NCBI GenBank assembly: GCA_046052125.1
Contig: JBJOMY010000001.1
Location: 160,001 to 224,000, forward strand
Length of the DNA: 64,000 bases
Direction: 5' to 3'
From: Cyanobacteriota bacterium
GTDB lineage: Bacteria; Cyanobacteriota; Cyanobacteriia; PCC-6307; Cyanobiaceae
Both the position numbers and the translations under genes were made by a program. This document shows, one piece after another, positions 25,792-34,892 of this stretch (its first letter is position 1; each line of letters starts with the position of its first letter). The notes under the pieces were generated by a model. That model ran no database searches. It was not told the DNA's origin and saw only the letters and a program-made list of their open reading frames with translations.

Positions 25792-26475
25792 TCAGCGGGA
25801 GAAGACCCACCAAGTGATCATCGGCACCAGTGTGCCAACCACGAGCAACACCACAACCCACATGAAGGCATTGCTGGACTGCGTTTCCTCACGGGTGGGG
25901 ATATTCGTTTCCAGCGGCAGGCGTTCGGCCAGCTGGGGCGGACCGGGATCTTCGCCGCCATCGAGGACCACCGCTAGGCGATCGAGGGCATCGAGGCTGG
26001 CCTGGCGGTAGCGGGCGCCTTCACGCAGGGGCAGCCCCATGGTGCTGATGGCGGTGCTCGAGAGCAGCTCCGAAGGCAGCTGGCCGCTCAGATCCGCTGA
26101 GGCCACCACAGCGGCGCTGTTGTTCTGCGATTCGATCAACAGCAGCAACAGGCCGCTGTCGCCCTGTTGCGCGCTCCAACGCTCCAGTAGCTGTTCGCCG
26201 AGGGCATCAAGGCTGAGGCCGTAATCGAGGCGGCGCAGCGTGACCAGGCGGGCATCGATGTGATCACCGCCGAACTCCTGCAGGCGGCGATCGAGTTCGG
26301 TATCGGCCGCGCGGCTGAGCAGATCGGCCTGATCGAGCACGTGGCTGGCGGGCAGCTCGGCGGGGAACTCAGCCAGACCAGAGGCCCAGGCAGCTGCCGG
26401 CAGGGTGAGGCCGGCCACCAACAGCACGGCACTCATCAGAGCAGCCCACAGACGAGCGCGAATCACGGGCCCCAC
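25792..26475 (-). CDS. psb32: Photosystem II repair protein Psb32 (TPM domain)
   Basis: 'VLDQADLLSR', 'TLRRLDYG', 'DPGPP', C-terminal TM helix. Confidence 0.85.
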   Translation of the reverse strand: MGPVIRARLWAALMSAVLLVAGLTLPAAAWASGLAEFPAELPASHVLDQADLLSRAADTELDRRLQEFGGDHIDARLVTLRRLDYGLSLDALGEQLLERWSAQQGDSGLLLLLIESQNNSAAVVASADLSGQLPSELLSSTAISTMGLPLREGARYRQASLDALDRLAVVLDGGEDPGPPQLAERLPLETNIPTREETQSSNAFMWVVVLLVVGTLVPMITWWVFSR

Positions 26476-26507
26476 AGAATCGTCGATCGGATCGCCACAG
26501 TCTGCCG

Positions 26508-26942
26508 TCAGCTGGCCAGGCTGTCGCGGTTGAGGATGGCCACCACCTCAACAATCACGCGGGCCCGCTCCGGCTCCACGGCCAGTGCGTCGCTGAGGGT
26601 GTGCAGGAAGGTCACCTCTGCGCTGGATTCCACGTGGTCGGCCTGGGTGAGGGCGGCGGCCACCGCCAGGGCGGTTTCGGCCTGTTGGGTGTTGAGCAGC
26701 GGTGCGGCCTGGGCCACCAGCGCTTCCCAGCCCTGCAGGCGCAGGAGCTGAAGCAAGTGGTCGAGCAAGGCACCCATGGCCTGGTCACCCAGCTCACAGA
26801 AGGGCTGGCGGTATTCCAGCTGTTGGCGCAGGCTGCGCGCTTCGAGGGTGGAGAGCTCGCCATCGCAGGCCACGGCCGCCAGAGCCACGGCGGCAAAGGC
26901 CTGGGCCGCTGTGCTGATCGGGGTCGGATCCGGATGGCCCAT
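26508..26942 (-). CDS. TerB-family protein
   Basis: 'AFAAVALAAVACDGELS..E', 'QADHVESSAE', 'ILNRD'. Confidence 0.8.
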   Translation of the reverse strand: MGHPDPTPISTAAQAFAAVALAAVACDGELSTLEARSLRQQLEYRQPFCELGDQAMGALLDHLLQLLRLQGWEALVAQAAPLLNTQQAETALAVAAALTQADHVESSAEVTFLHTLSDALAVEPERARVIVEVVAILNRDSLAS

Positions 26943-27051
26943 GGAACGGTTTGCGCTCGGCGATGCCTCCATTGCAGCGTCCATTGCCCCCGGCGCCAAC
27001 GCGGGATCCGGCGGTTGTGAGAGGGTGCACACCAGCTCAGCTGTTGCCGCA

Positions 27052-27714
27052 ATGGGTCTCGCTGCCCGCCTCTGCCTGGGTGCCGGGATCACCGGCCTCG
27101 GCCTGTGTGTGGTCAACCAGCTCACGGCGCCGGAGCTCACGCCCGCCCTGGAGCGCGCCGGCGTGTTGGCCAGTTTTCTGGCGGTGGGCTTGATGCTCGT
27201 GTCGATCCTCTGGACCCGGGCCACTCCGGTGGCGCCGGAACGGGTGGCCTTGGGGGGCGAGCAGGGCCTGCAGATGGCGGACGATCTGCCGGAGTCCCTG
27301 CGCCAGGAATTGGCCTGGGGAAGTCAGATGCTGCTCACCGCCACCCCAGCGGCCACGGTGCTGCTCTTCTGGCGCGGGCGCACCGTGCTGCAACGCGGTG
27401 TGCTCGGCCCGGGAGGCTTTGTGCCAGGTGCGATCACCGAGCGGGCCTGGACTACCGAGAAGGCGATCGGGTTGGTGAACCTGAAGCTCTATCCCGGCCG
27501 GGATGAATTCAAGGCCCTACCCGAAGGCATCCCGGCACTGATCGTGCAGCCGATCGGTCGCGAAGGGGTGATGCTGTTGGCGGGATGGTCGCCGCGCTGC
27601 TTCAGCCGCAGCGATGAGGCCTGGCTGGAGGGCTGGAGCCTCAAGCTCAGAAGCGCACTGCAGGGGTGGAGCGAGCCGGCTTCGGCTGACCCTTCTGTTT
27701 CGGCGGCAGGGTGA
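27052..27714 (+). CDS. Cofactor assembly of complex C subunit B (CCB2/CCB4 family)
   Basis: 'ELAWGSQMLLTATPA', 'VNLKLYPGRDEF', 'RCFSRSDEAW'. Confidence 0.8.
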   Translation: MGLAARLCLGAGITGLGLCVVNQLTAPELTPALERAGVLASFLAVGLMLVSILWTRATPVAPERVALGGEQGLQMADDLPESLRQELAWGSQMLLTATPAATVLLFWRGRTVLQRGVLGPGGFVPGAITERAWTTEKAIGLVNLKLYPGRDEFKALPEGIPALIVQPIGREGVMLLAGWSPRCFSRSDEAWLEGWSLKLRSALQGWSEPASADPSVSAAG

Positions 27715-28828
27715 ACTGGGAGTTCACGCGCGAGCCAGGAGCGGTGAACACCGCTGTCCCGTCGTTGCCGATCGTGCCCCGCAGCTGACTGGCGCGGGTG
27801 ATCTGTTTGTAACTCTTGCGGCGCAGCTCCACGTTGCCCTGGGCTTCAAAGCGACCCGTGGGCCAGTTCCATTGGCAGCGCTCGGCGTTGAGCTGTTCAC
27901 CCGGCTGGCGCAGGGCGCAGCCCTGGGGGATGAATACGGTGCTGGTGGCGAGATTCACGCTGAAACGCTCACCCTGCCCCTGCATCTTCTTGAACGCCCC
28001 CTGGAACGGTTGATCGCTGCTGAGCCGTTGGTCGTTGATCAGCCAGCGGGTTTGCTGGGCGTTGAGCCAGCCGCTCCGCTTGGGATCACGCACCTGCACC
28101 GGTGCGAGCAGGTCCACAAAGCCAGCGCGCAGGTTGCCCTGCAGGGCTTTGGCCGTGAGGTTCATCAGCGAACCCTTCTCGCGGCGCGTTCCGCGCACCA
28201 GCTCGGGCGCCCTGAGATCGCCCTGCTCTGGCCGCCAATCCACGGCGGCAGTTTGGACCCGCAGCGGCGCTGAACCTGGCGTGCGCTTCCTGGCGCCCTT
28301 GCCATCCCACTGCTCCAACAGCGGCTGGCCGCGCAGTTCCACCAGATCGCGGTCGAGGTAGTAGGTGGCGAGCTGGGCGCTGAGGCGTGAGCGGCGATCC
28401 AGGGCAACGGGTTGCCGATCGATCAGCATCAGCGAGCGCGAGGGGATCCAGCGGGCCTGTTGGCCCGTGATCCGCACCGGGTTCTTGCCGAGCAGCGTGA
28501 TCAACACATCGCCCTCCAGCTGGATCGCCTGGCCATCGCCGATCACCGTGGCGCTGCGGGCGCTCACGGTGATGTTGGCCTTGCCACGCTTGAAGATTGT
28601 TCCTCGGGGCTCACGCGCCTGAGCAACTTGGCGGCTGATGTCGTAGCGGGCTTCCGGACTGCGCAGTTCCCAGGCGGCACGGCCCTTGGCGTCCTGCTGT
28701 TCCAGATCCAGCGACTTGAACACAAACGGCTCCGCCGGAGGCGGAACACGCGTCTTGCTCGCACAGCCCACCAACAACAGCGCCGCCGCTGCGGCGGGCG
28801 CCACACGCTTCACCAAGCCGTTGCTCAC
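27647..28828 (-). CDS. lptC: LPS export periplasmic protein LptC-like
   Basis: Lipobox 'LLLVGC', beta-jellyroll-like repeats, conserved position next to metG. Confidence 0.7.
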   Translation of the reverse strand: MSNGLVKRVAPAAAAALLLVGCASKTRVPPPAEPFVFKSLDLEQQDAKGRAAWELRSPEARYDISRQVAQAREPRGTIFKRGKANITVSARSATVIGDGQAIQLEGDVLITLLGKNPVRITGQQARWIPSRSLMLIDRQPVALDRRSRLSAQLATYYLDRDLVELRGQPLLEQWDGKGARKRTPGSAPLRVQTAAVDWRPEQGDLRAPELVRGTRREKGSLMNLTAKALQGNLRAGFVDLLAPVQVRDPKRSGWLNAQQTRWLINDQRLSSDQPFQGAFKKMQGQGERFSVNLATSTVFIPQGCALRQPGEQLNAERCQWNWPTGRFEAQGNVELRRKSYKQITRASQLRGTIGNDGTAVFTAPGSRVNSQFTLPPKQKGQPKPARSTPAVRF

Positions 28829-30393
28829 AGGGGATCGTCCAGCTCGAGCCGCGCCATCACGGGCGATGGTTCCGGCAACACTGCCCCGGCCTCAAGCCCG
28901 CCCCAGGCGAGTTGCTGCAGCCAGGCGCCATCCACCGCTGCATCGGCGCCCGACTGAGGAACGTTCTGGCCCAGTTGCACGAGCATCCGCTCACTGAGAT
29001 CCGGAAGCAGGGGCGCCATCAGCAACGCCACGATCCGGGCGGCTTCGAGCACGGCGTAGAGATCATCCGCCACCTGCTCACGCGTGCCCTCCTGCTTCAT
29101 GCGGCTCCAGGGCGCCTGCTCATTGAGGAAGCCATTGGCGGCGATCGCTAGCTGCAGCGTGGCCTCGGCGGCGGAGCGGAATTCCAGCTGCTCCAGGGCC
29201 GAAAGCACCGTGCTGCGGGCTGTCTCAGCCGCCTGGGCGAGCGGATGGGACCCATCACGGGCGGTGCTGGCCGGCGGCACGCAATCCTCAAACCATCGGC
29301 GCGCCATCGAGCTCGTGCGGTTGAGCAGGTTGCCGATCGTGTTGGCCAGATCGTTGTTCACCAGATCGGTGAAGCGTTGCTGCTGGAAGTCGCCGTCGTC
29401 GCCGAAGGGGATATCGCGCAGCAGATACCAACGCACCGCATCGCGGCCGCAACGCTCAAGCAGCTCCCCTGGATCGAGCACGTTGCCCAGGGATTTGCCC
29501 ATCTTCTGGCCCTCGCGTGTGAGGAAGCCATGGCCAAACACCTTGGCCGGCAAGGGAAGCCCGGCGGACAGCAACATCGCCGGCCAGTACACGGCGTGGA
29601 AGCGCAGGATGTCCTTGCCGATCACGTGCACCGAAGCGGGCCAGCCCCGGCTGAGGGCGGTGTCGAGATCCGGTGCGTCGCTTGCCTCGAGCAAGGCGGT
29701 GATGTAGCCGAGCAGCGCGTCGAACCACACATAAAAAGTGTGGCCCTCATGGCCGGGCACGGGGATCCCCCAGGGGAGATTCACGCGGGAGATCGAGAAA
29801 TCACGCAGCCCCTGCTTCACGAAGTTCTCCACCTCGTTGCGGCGGCTGGCGGGCTGGATGAAGCCCGGCTGGGTGATCAGCGCCTCGATCTGCTCCTGAT
29901 AGCGCGAGAGCCGGAAGAACAGGTTCAGCTCATCGCGCCATTCCAGCGGCCGCCGGTGGGTGGGGCATTCAGGGTCCTGCGCTTCGTGGGGGTCGTCTTT
30001 GAACTCCTCGCAGGCCACGCAGTACCAGCCCTGCTGGCGCCCTTCGACGATGTCGCCGTTGGCCTCCACCCGCGCGAAGAACTGCTCCACGATCTGGCGG
30101 TGGCGCGGATCGGTGGTGCGGATCAGGCGGTTGTTGCTGATCTGCCAGCGCTGCCACAGCTCGCGGTATTGGGCGCTGACGCCATCGCAGTGGGCCTGAG
30201 GGCTGAGCCCAGCCGCTTCAGCGGTGCGTTGAATCTTCTGACCGTGCTCATCGCAACCGGTGATGAACAGCACCGGTTCACCCTTCAGCCGCTGAAACCG
30301 CGCCAAGGCATCGCAGGCCAGCGTGGTGTAAGCGCTGCCCAGATGCGGCTTGTCGTTGACGTAGTAGAGCGGGGTGGTGAGGGTGTAAGTCAT
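28825..30393 (-). CDS. metG: Methionyl-tRNA synthetase
   Basis: 'TTPLYYVNDKPHLGSAY', 'YVWFDAL', 'KMGKS'. Confidence 0.97.
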   Translation of the reverse strand: MTYTLTTPLYYVNDKPHLGSAYTTLACDALARFQRLKGEPVLFITGCDEHGQKIQRTAEAAGLSPQAHCDGVSAQYRELWQRWQISNNRLIRTTDPRHRQIVEQFFARVEANGDIVEGRQQGWYCVACEEFKDDPHEAQDPECPTHRRPLEWRDELNLFFRLSRYQEQIEALITQPGFIQPASRRNEVENFVKQGLRDFSISRVNLPWGIPVPGHEGHTFYVWFDALLGYITALLEASDAPDLDTALSRGWPASVHVIGKDILRFHAVYWPAMLLSAGLPLPAKVFGHGFLTREGQKMGKSLGNVLDPGELLERCGRDAVRWYLLRDIPFGDDGDFQQQRFTDLVNNDLANTIGNLLNRTSSMARRWFEDCVPPASTARDGSHPLAQAAETARSTVLSALEQLEFRSAAEATLQLAIAANGFLNEQAPWSRMKQEGTREQVADDLYAVLEAARIVALLMAPLLPDLSERMLVQLGQNVPQSGADAAVDGAWLQQLAWGGLEAGAVLPEPSPVMARLELDDPL

Positions 30394-30476
30394 CGGCGGG
30401 ATCCTACGGAGCTGCACCGATGGCGTCAGCGCCGCTGGGCTGGCAGGCTCGGCTCCACTCCTGAACGCTGCGATCC

Positions 30477-32276
30477 ATGACCCCAGCCATCGATGCGGTG
30501 GATGTGTTGGTGTGGGGCGGCGGCGCCGGCGGTGTGGCCGCCGCGATTCAGGCCGCCCGCAGCGGAGCCTCAACCCTTCTGCTCACACCGGGCTCCTGGC
30601 TCGGTGGCATGGTGAGCGCCGCCGGGGTGTGCTGCCCCGATGGCAATGAACTCACCCCCTGGCAAACGGGCCTCTGGGGCTCCTTCCTGCGGGCTCTAGA
30701 ACAGGCGGAACCCACGGGGCTCGATCACAACTGGGTGAGCTGTTTCGGCTATCGGCCAGCCACGGCCGAGGCGATCCTGCAGGGCTGGGTGCAGGAGTTG
30801 CCAACCCTGCAGTGGTGGCCGCGTTGCCGCTTGCTGGAGGTGGATCGCCAGGGGAGCCGGATCAAATCGGTGCGCGTGGAGGCCGCTGGCGCGGTGCATC
30901 AGGTGCGCTGCAGCGTGGTGATTGATGGCAGTGATCGCGGCGAATTGTTGCCGCTGGCAGGTGCGGCGTATCGGCTGGGCTGGGAACCCCAGGAGCAGTG
31001 GGGGGAACCGAGCGCTCCAGCTCAGGCACGCCTGGAGAGCGAGGCGTTCTTCCAGCAGCAACCGGTGCAGTCGCCCACCTGGGTGGTGATGGCGCAACTG
31101 CAGAGCGATCGGTTCGCTCCGGAGCCAAGCCGTGGGATCGATCCCTCGGCTCCCACTCCATTGGCAACGCCCTTTGAGCGGGCTTGCGAGGCCTTTGGCC
31201 TTGAGCGCACGATCACCTATGGGCGATTGCCCGGTGGCCTGGTGATGCTCAATTGGCCGCTGCACGGCAACGACTGGGATCACGGCCTGGAGCGTGCCTT
31301 CAGCGCTGATACCCAAGAGCAAGAGGCTCTGGCATCTGATATGCAGGCCCACAGCCTCCGATTCGCCGAGGCAATGAAGGAGGCCAGCGGTGGTTGGCTG
31401 CAGTTGGGAGAGGCTTTTCCTACTGCTGCCAGCACCCCGGCGCCCTGGCTGGCGGCGATGCCCTACTGGCGTGAAGGCCGGCGGATGCTCGGTCGCCACA
31501 CCGTGATCGAGCAGGAGCTGTTGCCGGTGGGCAGCGGTGAGTCAGTGGGTCCGCTGCCGCTGGATGGCGCAGGCGCGCTGCAATCGATCGCAGTGGGCAA
31601 CTACGCCAACGACCACCACTACCCAGGCCCCGACTGGCCCCTGGCACCGAAGAGCATCCGCTGGGGCGGGCGTTGGAGCGGCACCCCCTTTTGCATTCCC
31701 TACGGCGCGTTGGTGAGCGCCGAGATAGACAACCTGTTGGCGGCGGATAAGGCCTTCAGCACCAGCCACATGGCCAATGGGGCAACCCGCCTGCAGCCGC
31801 TGATCCTGAATGTGGGCCAGGCCGCCGGTGCCGCCGCCGCTCTCGCCGTGCGCAGCGGCGTTCCGCCGGCGGAGCTACCGGTGCGTGCGCTGCAGGAGTG
31901 TCTGATCAACGACGAACGCGCGCCCTCCGCCGTGGCTCCGCTCTGGGACGTGCCCTGGCATCACCCCCAGTGGCGCGAGCGGCAGCTGGCCGCCCTCAAC
32001 GCACCAGCCACCATCCACCAGTCGACGCCCGTCAGCCCCGACGCCATCTCCATTCATCAAGAACCGCACGAGCGGGTGTTCAGCGGCAGGCTCACGCCTG
32101 ATGGCAACGGGGCCTTCCAGCTCTCAATGGCCACCGGTGAGGTGTGGCCTGTGATCACCCTCGAGCCCAGCCTGCATCGCTGGCTGGCGCAGCTGGATCA
32201 AGCCAGGGAGGTGGAGCTGATTGGCTGCGCCAACCCCTGGGGGCCGTGGTTGCGGGTGTCGCGCTTAGCTGGCTGA
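30477..32276 (+). CDS. FAD-dependent oxidoreductase
   Basis: 'DVLVWGGGAGGVAAA', 'IPYGALV', 'ANGATRLQP'. Confidence 0.88.
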   Translation: MTPAIDAVDVLVWGGGAGGVAAAIQAARSGASTLLLTPGSWLGGMVSAAGVCCPDGNELTPWQTGLWGSFLRALEQAEPTGLDHNWVSCFGYRPATAEAILQGWVQELPTLQWWPRCRLLEVDRQGSRIKSVRVEAAGAVHQVRCSVVIDGSDRGELLPLAGAAYRLGWEPQEQWGEPSAPAQARLESEAFFQQQPVQSPTWVVMAQLQSDRFAPEPSRGIDPSAPTPLATPFERACEAFGLERTITYGRLPGGLVMLNWPLHGNDWDHGLERAFSADTQEQEALASDMQAHSLRFAEAMKEASGGWLQLGEAFPTAASTPAPWLAAMPYWREGRRMLGRHTVIEQELLPVGSGESVGPLPLDGAGALQSIAVGNYANDHHYPGPDWPLAPKSIRWGGRWSGTPFCIPYGALVSAEIDNLLAADKAFSTSHMANGATRLQPLILNVGQAAGAAAALAVRSGVPPAELPVRALQECLINDERAPSAVAPLWDVPWHHPQWRERQLAALNAPATIHQSTPVSPDAISIHQEPHERVFSGRLTPDGNGAFQLSMATGEVWPVITLEPSLHRWLAQLDQAREVELIGCANPWGPWLRVSRLAG

Positions 32277-34304
32277 AGCCACCAGCCGCAGCTGATCGCG
32301 CAGCGAATCCACCTGTTGCACACGCAGCAGCAACGCTTCACCGGGCTGGGCGTTCTGGGGGCATTCGGCAGCCAGATCCATCGCCAACTCATCCACCCGC
32401 AGCAGTCCGAGCCGGTCCTGGGGCCGCAGCCAGCGCAGGAATTCGGCCTGCCACTGGCCACTCTTGTGGGCTTCGAACCACACCTGCTGCCAGTGGCGCT
32501 GGTCTTCGCGGGAGATGCCGATGCCCTCGCGCACGGCGGAATCGAAGCTGTTGAGCAACTCCTGCAGATCGTCTTCGCTCAGGCTGGGAGCGCCGCTGAG
32601 CTGGGCGTGAATCTGGCGTTGCACCACCAGGTCGCCGTAGCGGCGGATCGGTGAGGTGGCCTGCACATAGGCCGGTAGGCCCAGGCTGAAGTGGGCGGCG
32701 GGTTGGGTGCCCATCAAACCGCGGCTGAGGCAGCGTTTGATCGCCGCAAAGCGCACCGCTCCATCGGGCAGGGCGTCGAGTTCCGCCTGAGGTGGCAGCT
32801 CCGCCGGCAACTGACTGCGGAAGGGCAGGGCGAGGCCGTGCTCCACGCCAAAGTGGGCCGCCACGGCGCCAGCCAAGATCATCGCCTCGGCCACCATCGA
32901 GCGGGAGGGGCCGGACTCACTCACCTCAAGCACCGGTTCGCCGTCGCGGCTGCGGATCCGCCCTTCGGGCAGATCCATCTGCAAGGCGCCCTGGCGCAAG
33001 CGCCACTGGCGGCGCCGATCCAAGAGCTTGTCGAGGTCAGCCAGATCGGCTTCCTCAGGCGGGGCCAGATCGATCAGATCGTCCGCATCGCTGTAGCTGA
33101 GCCGGTAGGTGGGCTTCACCCAGCTGCGCTCGATGCCGTAGGCCGCGATCTCGCCCTCGCCATCGAGATCCACCCAGGTGCTCCAGGCGGCGCTGCGCAC
33201 ACCGGCCCGCAGGCTGAAGGGGCCCGTGGTGAGCTCCAGCGGGAACATCGGCAGGTTGCCGCTGGCGAGATAGAGGCTGCTGCCGCGGCGGCGCGCTTCC
33301 AGATCCAACAGGGAATCCGGCTCCACCAGTCGGCCGGGATCGGCCACGTGGATCCACAGCCGCAGGCTGCCGTCGGCGCGGCGCTCCAGCGCCAAGCCGT
33401 CGTCGATGTCGCGGGTGTCGTCGTCGTCGATCGTCACGCAGCGCTGGGAAGTGAGATCGACTCGCGCGCTGTCGCCAGGAAGCTCCTGGGCGCTGAGCTC
33501 CAGCAATCGTTCGGCCTCGCGCTGATGCTCGGCGCTGAAGCCGGTGCTCCAGGTGGTGCCCCCCATGGAGGCCAGCTGGTGGGGGTCCCACTGCCCCAGA
33601 TCCACCAGTAGATGGCGTAGATCGCCGCGGTCGTGGCCGAGGTGCAGCGCTGAAAGGCTCTGGCGCAGATCCGGTTGCAGCTGCTCCAGTTCGATGCGGC
33701 CGGCGGCCAGCTGTTTGAGCTGCTCCAAGCGCTGCTGATGATCCTCAGGAAGCTCTGCAGCGGTGATGGGCTCCCGTGCCCTGAGCAGCTGCTGCCAGCG
33801 TTGCTCACGCTGTTCATGTAATTGCTTGAGGCGCCGTTCACGGCGCAGGGGCTTGAGCTCAGCGGCGCTGCGCGGCTGGATTACGCCCTGCTTGAAGCGG
33901 AACCACAGCTGCGAACCCACCAGCTCCAGCCAACAGGCGGCTAACTGCGCCGGCGCAGTGCCACCGCAAACGAGATCCGCGAAATCAGCGATCTCGACGG
34001 TCTCATCAGACTCCAACAGGAGAATCCAGGCCGCGCCCCAAGCGCGACGGCTGGGACCAGCTTGTTGAAGCTGTTCGGGCTTGAGTGCCCAAGGCAAAGC
34101 CCCCAGCCGATTCGGTGCATCAGCACCGGATGGCAGGGGGCAAATCAACTCCAGCTGACGCTGGGGCAACACAACGGGTTTGGCGTCGAAGCCAACCTTC
34201 AGGCGCGCTTTGCTGCCCTGGATGGCTTCGACAACAGCGAGCTGGGCTCCACGCGACTCCTGGACACCGACTAGATCGCCGGGATGGAGCGTTGCAGAGG
34301 CCAG
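32265..34304 (-). CDS. rnb: Ribonuclease II/RNB family exoribonuclease
   Basis: 'TIDDDDTRDIDDGL', 'HFSLGL..Y.QATSPIRRYGDL'. The frame stays open upstream of GTG 34172 to a probable CTG start at 34304. Confidence 0.9.
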   Translation of the reverse strand: MASATLHPGDLVGVQESRGAQLAVVEAIQGSKARLKVGFDAKPVVLPQRQLELICPLPSGADAPNRLGALPWALKPEQLQQAGPSRRAWGAAWILLLESDETVEIADFADLVCGGTAPAQLAACWLELVGSQLWFRFKQGVIQPRSAAELKPLRRERRLKQLHEQREQRWQQLLRAREPITAAELPEDHQQRLEQLKQLAAGRIELEQLQPDLRQSLSALHLGHDRGDLRHLLVDLGQWDPHQLASMGGTTWSTGFSAEHQREAERLLELSAQELPGDSARVDLTSQRCVTIDDDDTRDIDDGLALERRADGSLRLWIHVADPGRLVEPDSLLDLEARRRGSSLYLASGNLPMFPLELTTGPFSLRAGVRSAAWSTWVDLDGEGEIAAYGIERSWVKPTYRLSYSDADDLIDLAPPEEADLADLDKLLDRRRQWRLRQGALQMDLPEGRIRSRDGEPVLEVSESGPSRSMVAEAMILAGAVAAHFGVEHGLALPFRSQLPAELPPQAELDALPDGAVRFAAIKRCLSRGLMGTQPAAHFSLGLPAYVQATSPIRRYGDLVVQRQIHAQLSGAPSLSEDDLQELLNSFDSAVREGIGISREDQRHWQQVWFEAHKSGQWQAEFLRWLRPQDRLGLLRVDELAMDLAAECPQNAQPGEALLLRVQQVDSLRDQLRLVASAS

Positions 34305-34308
34305 GAGA

Positions 34309-34530
34309 TCAGCCCTCGGGATTCACGAAGGGCAGCAGAGCCACGATGCGGGCGCGCTTCACGGCGTTGGTGAGGTCGCGCTGCTGCTTGGCGGTGAGGC
34401 CCGTCAGACGACGGGGCAGGATCTTGCCGCGCTCGGTGATGAACTTCTTGAGCAGATCGACATCCTTGTAGTCGATCGGATCGCCGGGTTTGATCGGCGA
34501 AAGACGCTTCTTGAAGAAGGAACTAGCCAT
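34309..34530 (-). CDS. rpsR: 30S ribosomal protein S18
   Basis: '[23 protein letters not shown]'. Confidence 0.98.
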   Translation of the reverse strand: MASSFFKKRLSPIKPGDPIDYKDVDLLKKFITERGKILPRRLTGLTAKQQRDLTNAVKRARIVALLPFVNPEG

Positions 34531-34580
34531 GGCTGAACGGTGAAGAAGGGGTGCAGAAGACTGGGGTTACACAGCGGAGA

Positions 34581-34775
34581 TCACTTGATCTCTTTGTGGA
34601 CCGTCGACTTGTTGCAGTGCGGGCAGAACTTCTTCAGTTCGATCCGTTCAGTGGTGTTGCGGCGGTTCTTCTGGGTGGTGTAACGGGACACACCAGGAGA
34701 CCGCTTGGCGGGGTTGGACCGGCATTCGGTGCACTCGAGAGTGATCACGATCCGGACGCCCTTGTTCTTAGCCAT
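34581..34775 (-). CDS. rpmG: 50S ribosomal protein L33
   Basis: 'ITLECTEC...ELKKFCPHC...HKEIK'. Confidence 0.98.
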   Translation of the reverse strand: MAKNKGVRIVITLECTECRSNPAKRSPGVSRYTTQKNRRNTTERIELKKFCPHCNKSTVHKEIK

Positions 34776-34892
34776 AAAGGACGTTGCCTCGCTTTGGCGA
34801 TGCGTGTTGGACAGCGATCAACCATACCTTGTCGCCTGACCTGAACCTCCAGGCCCAGTCTTTAGAGTCGGCCGATTGCGAACGGTTCTGAC

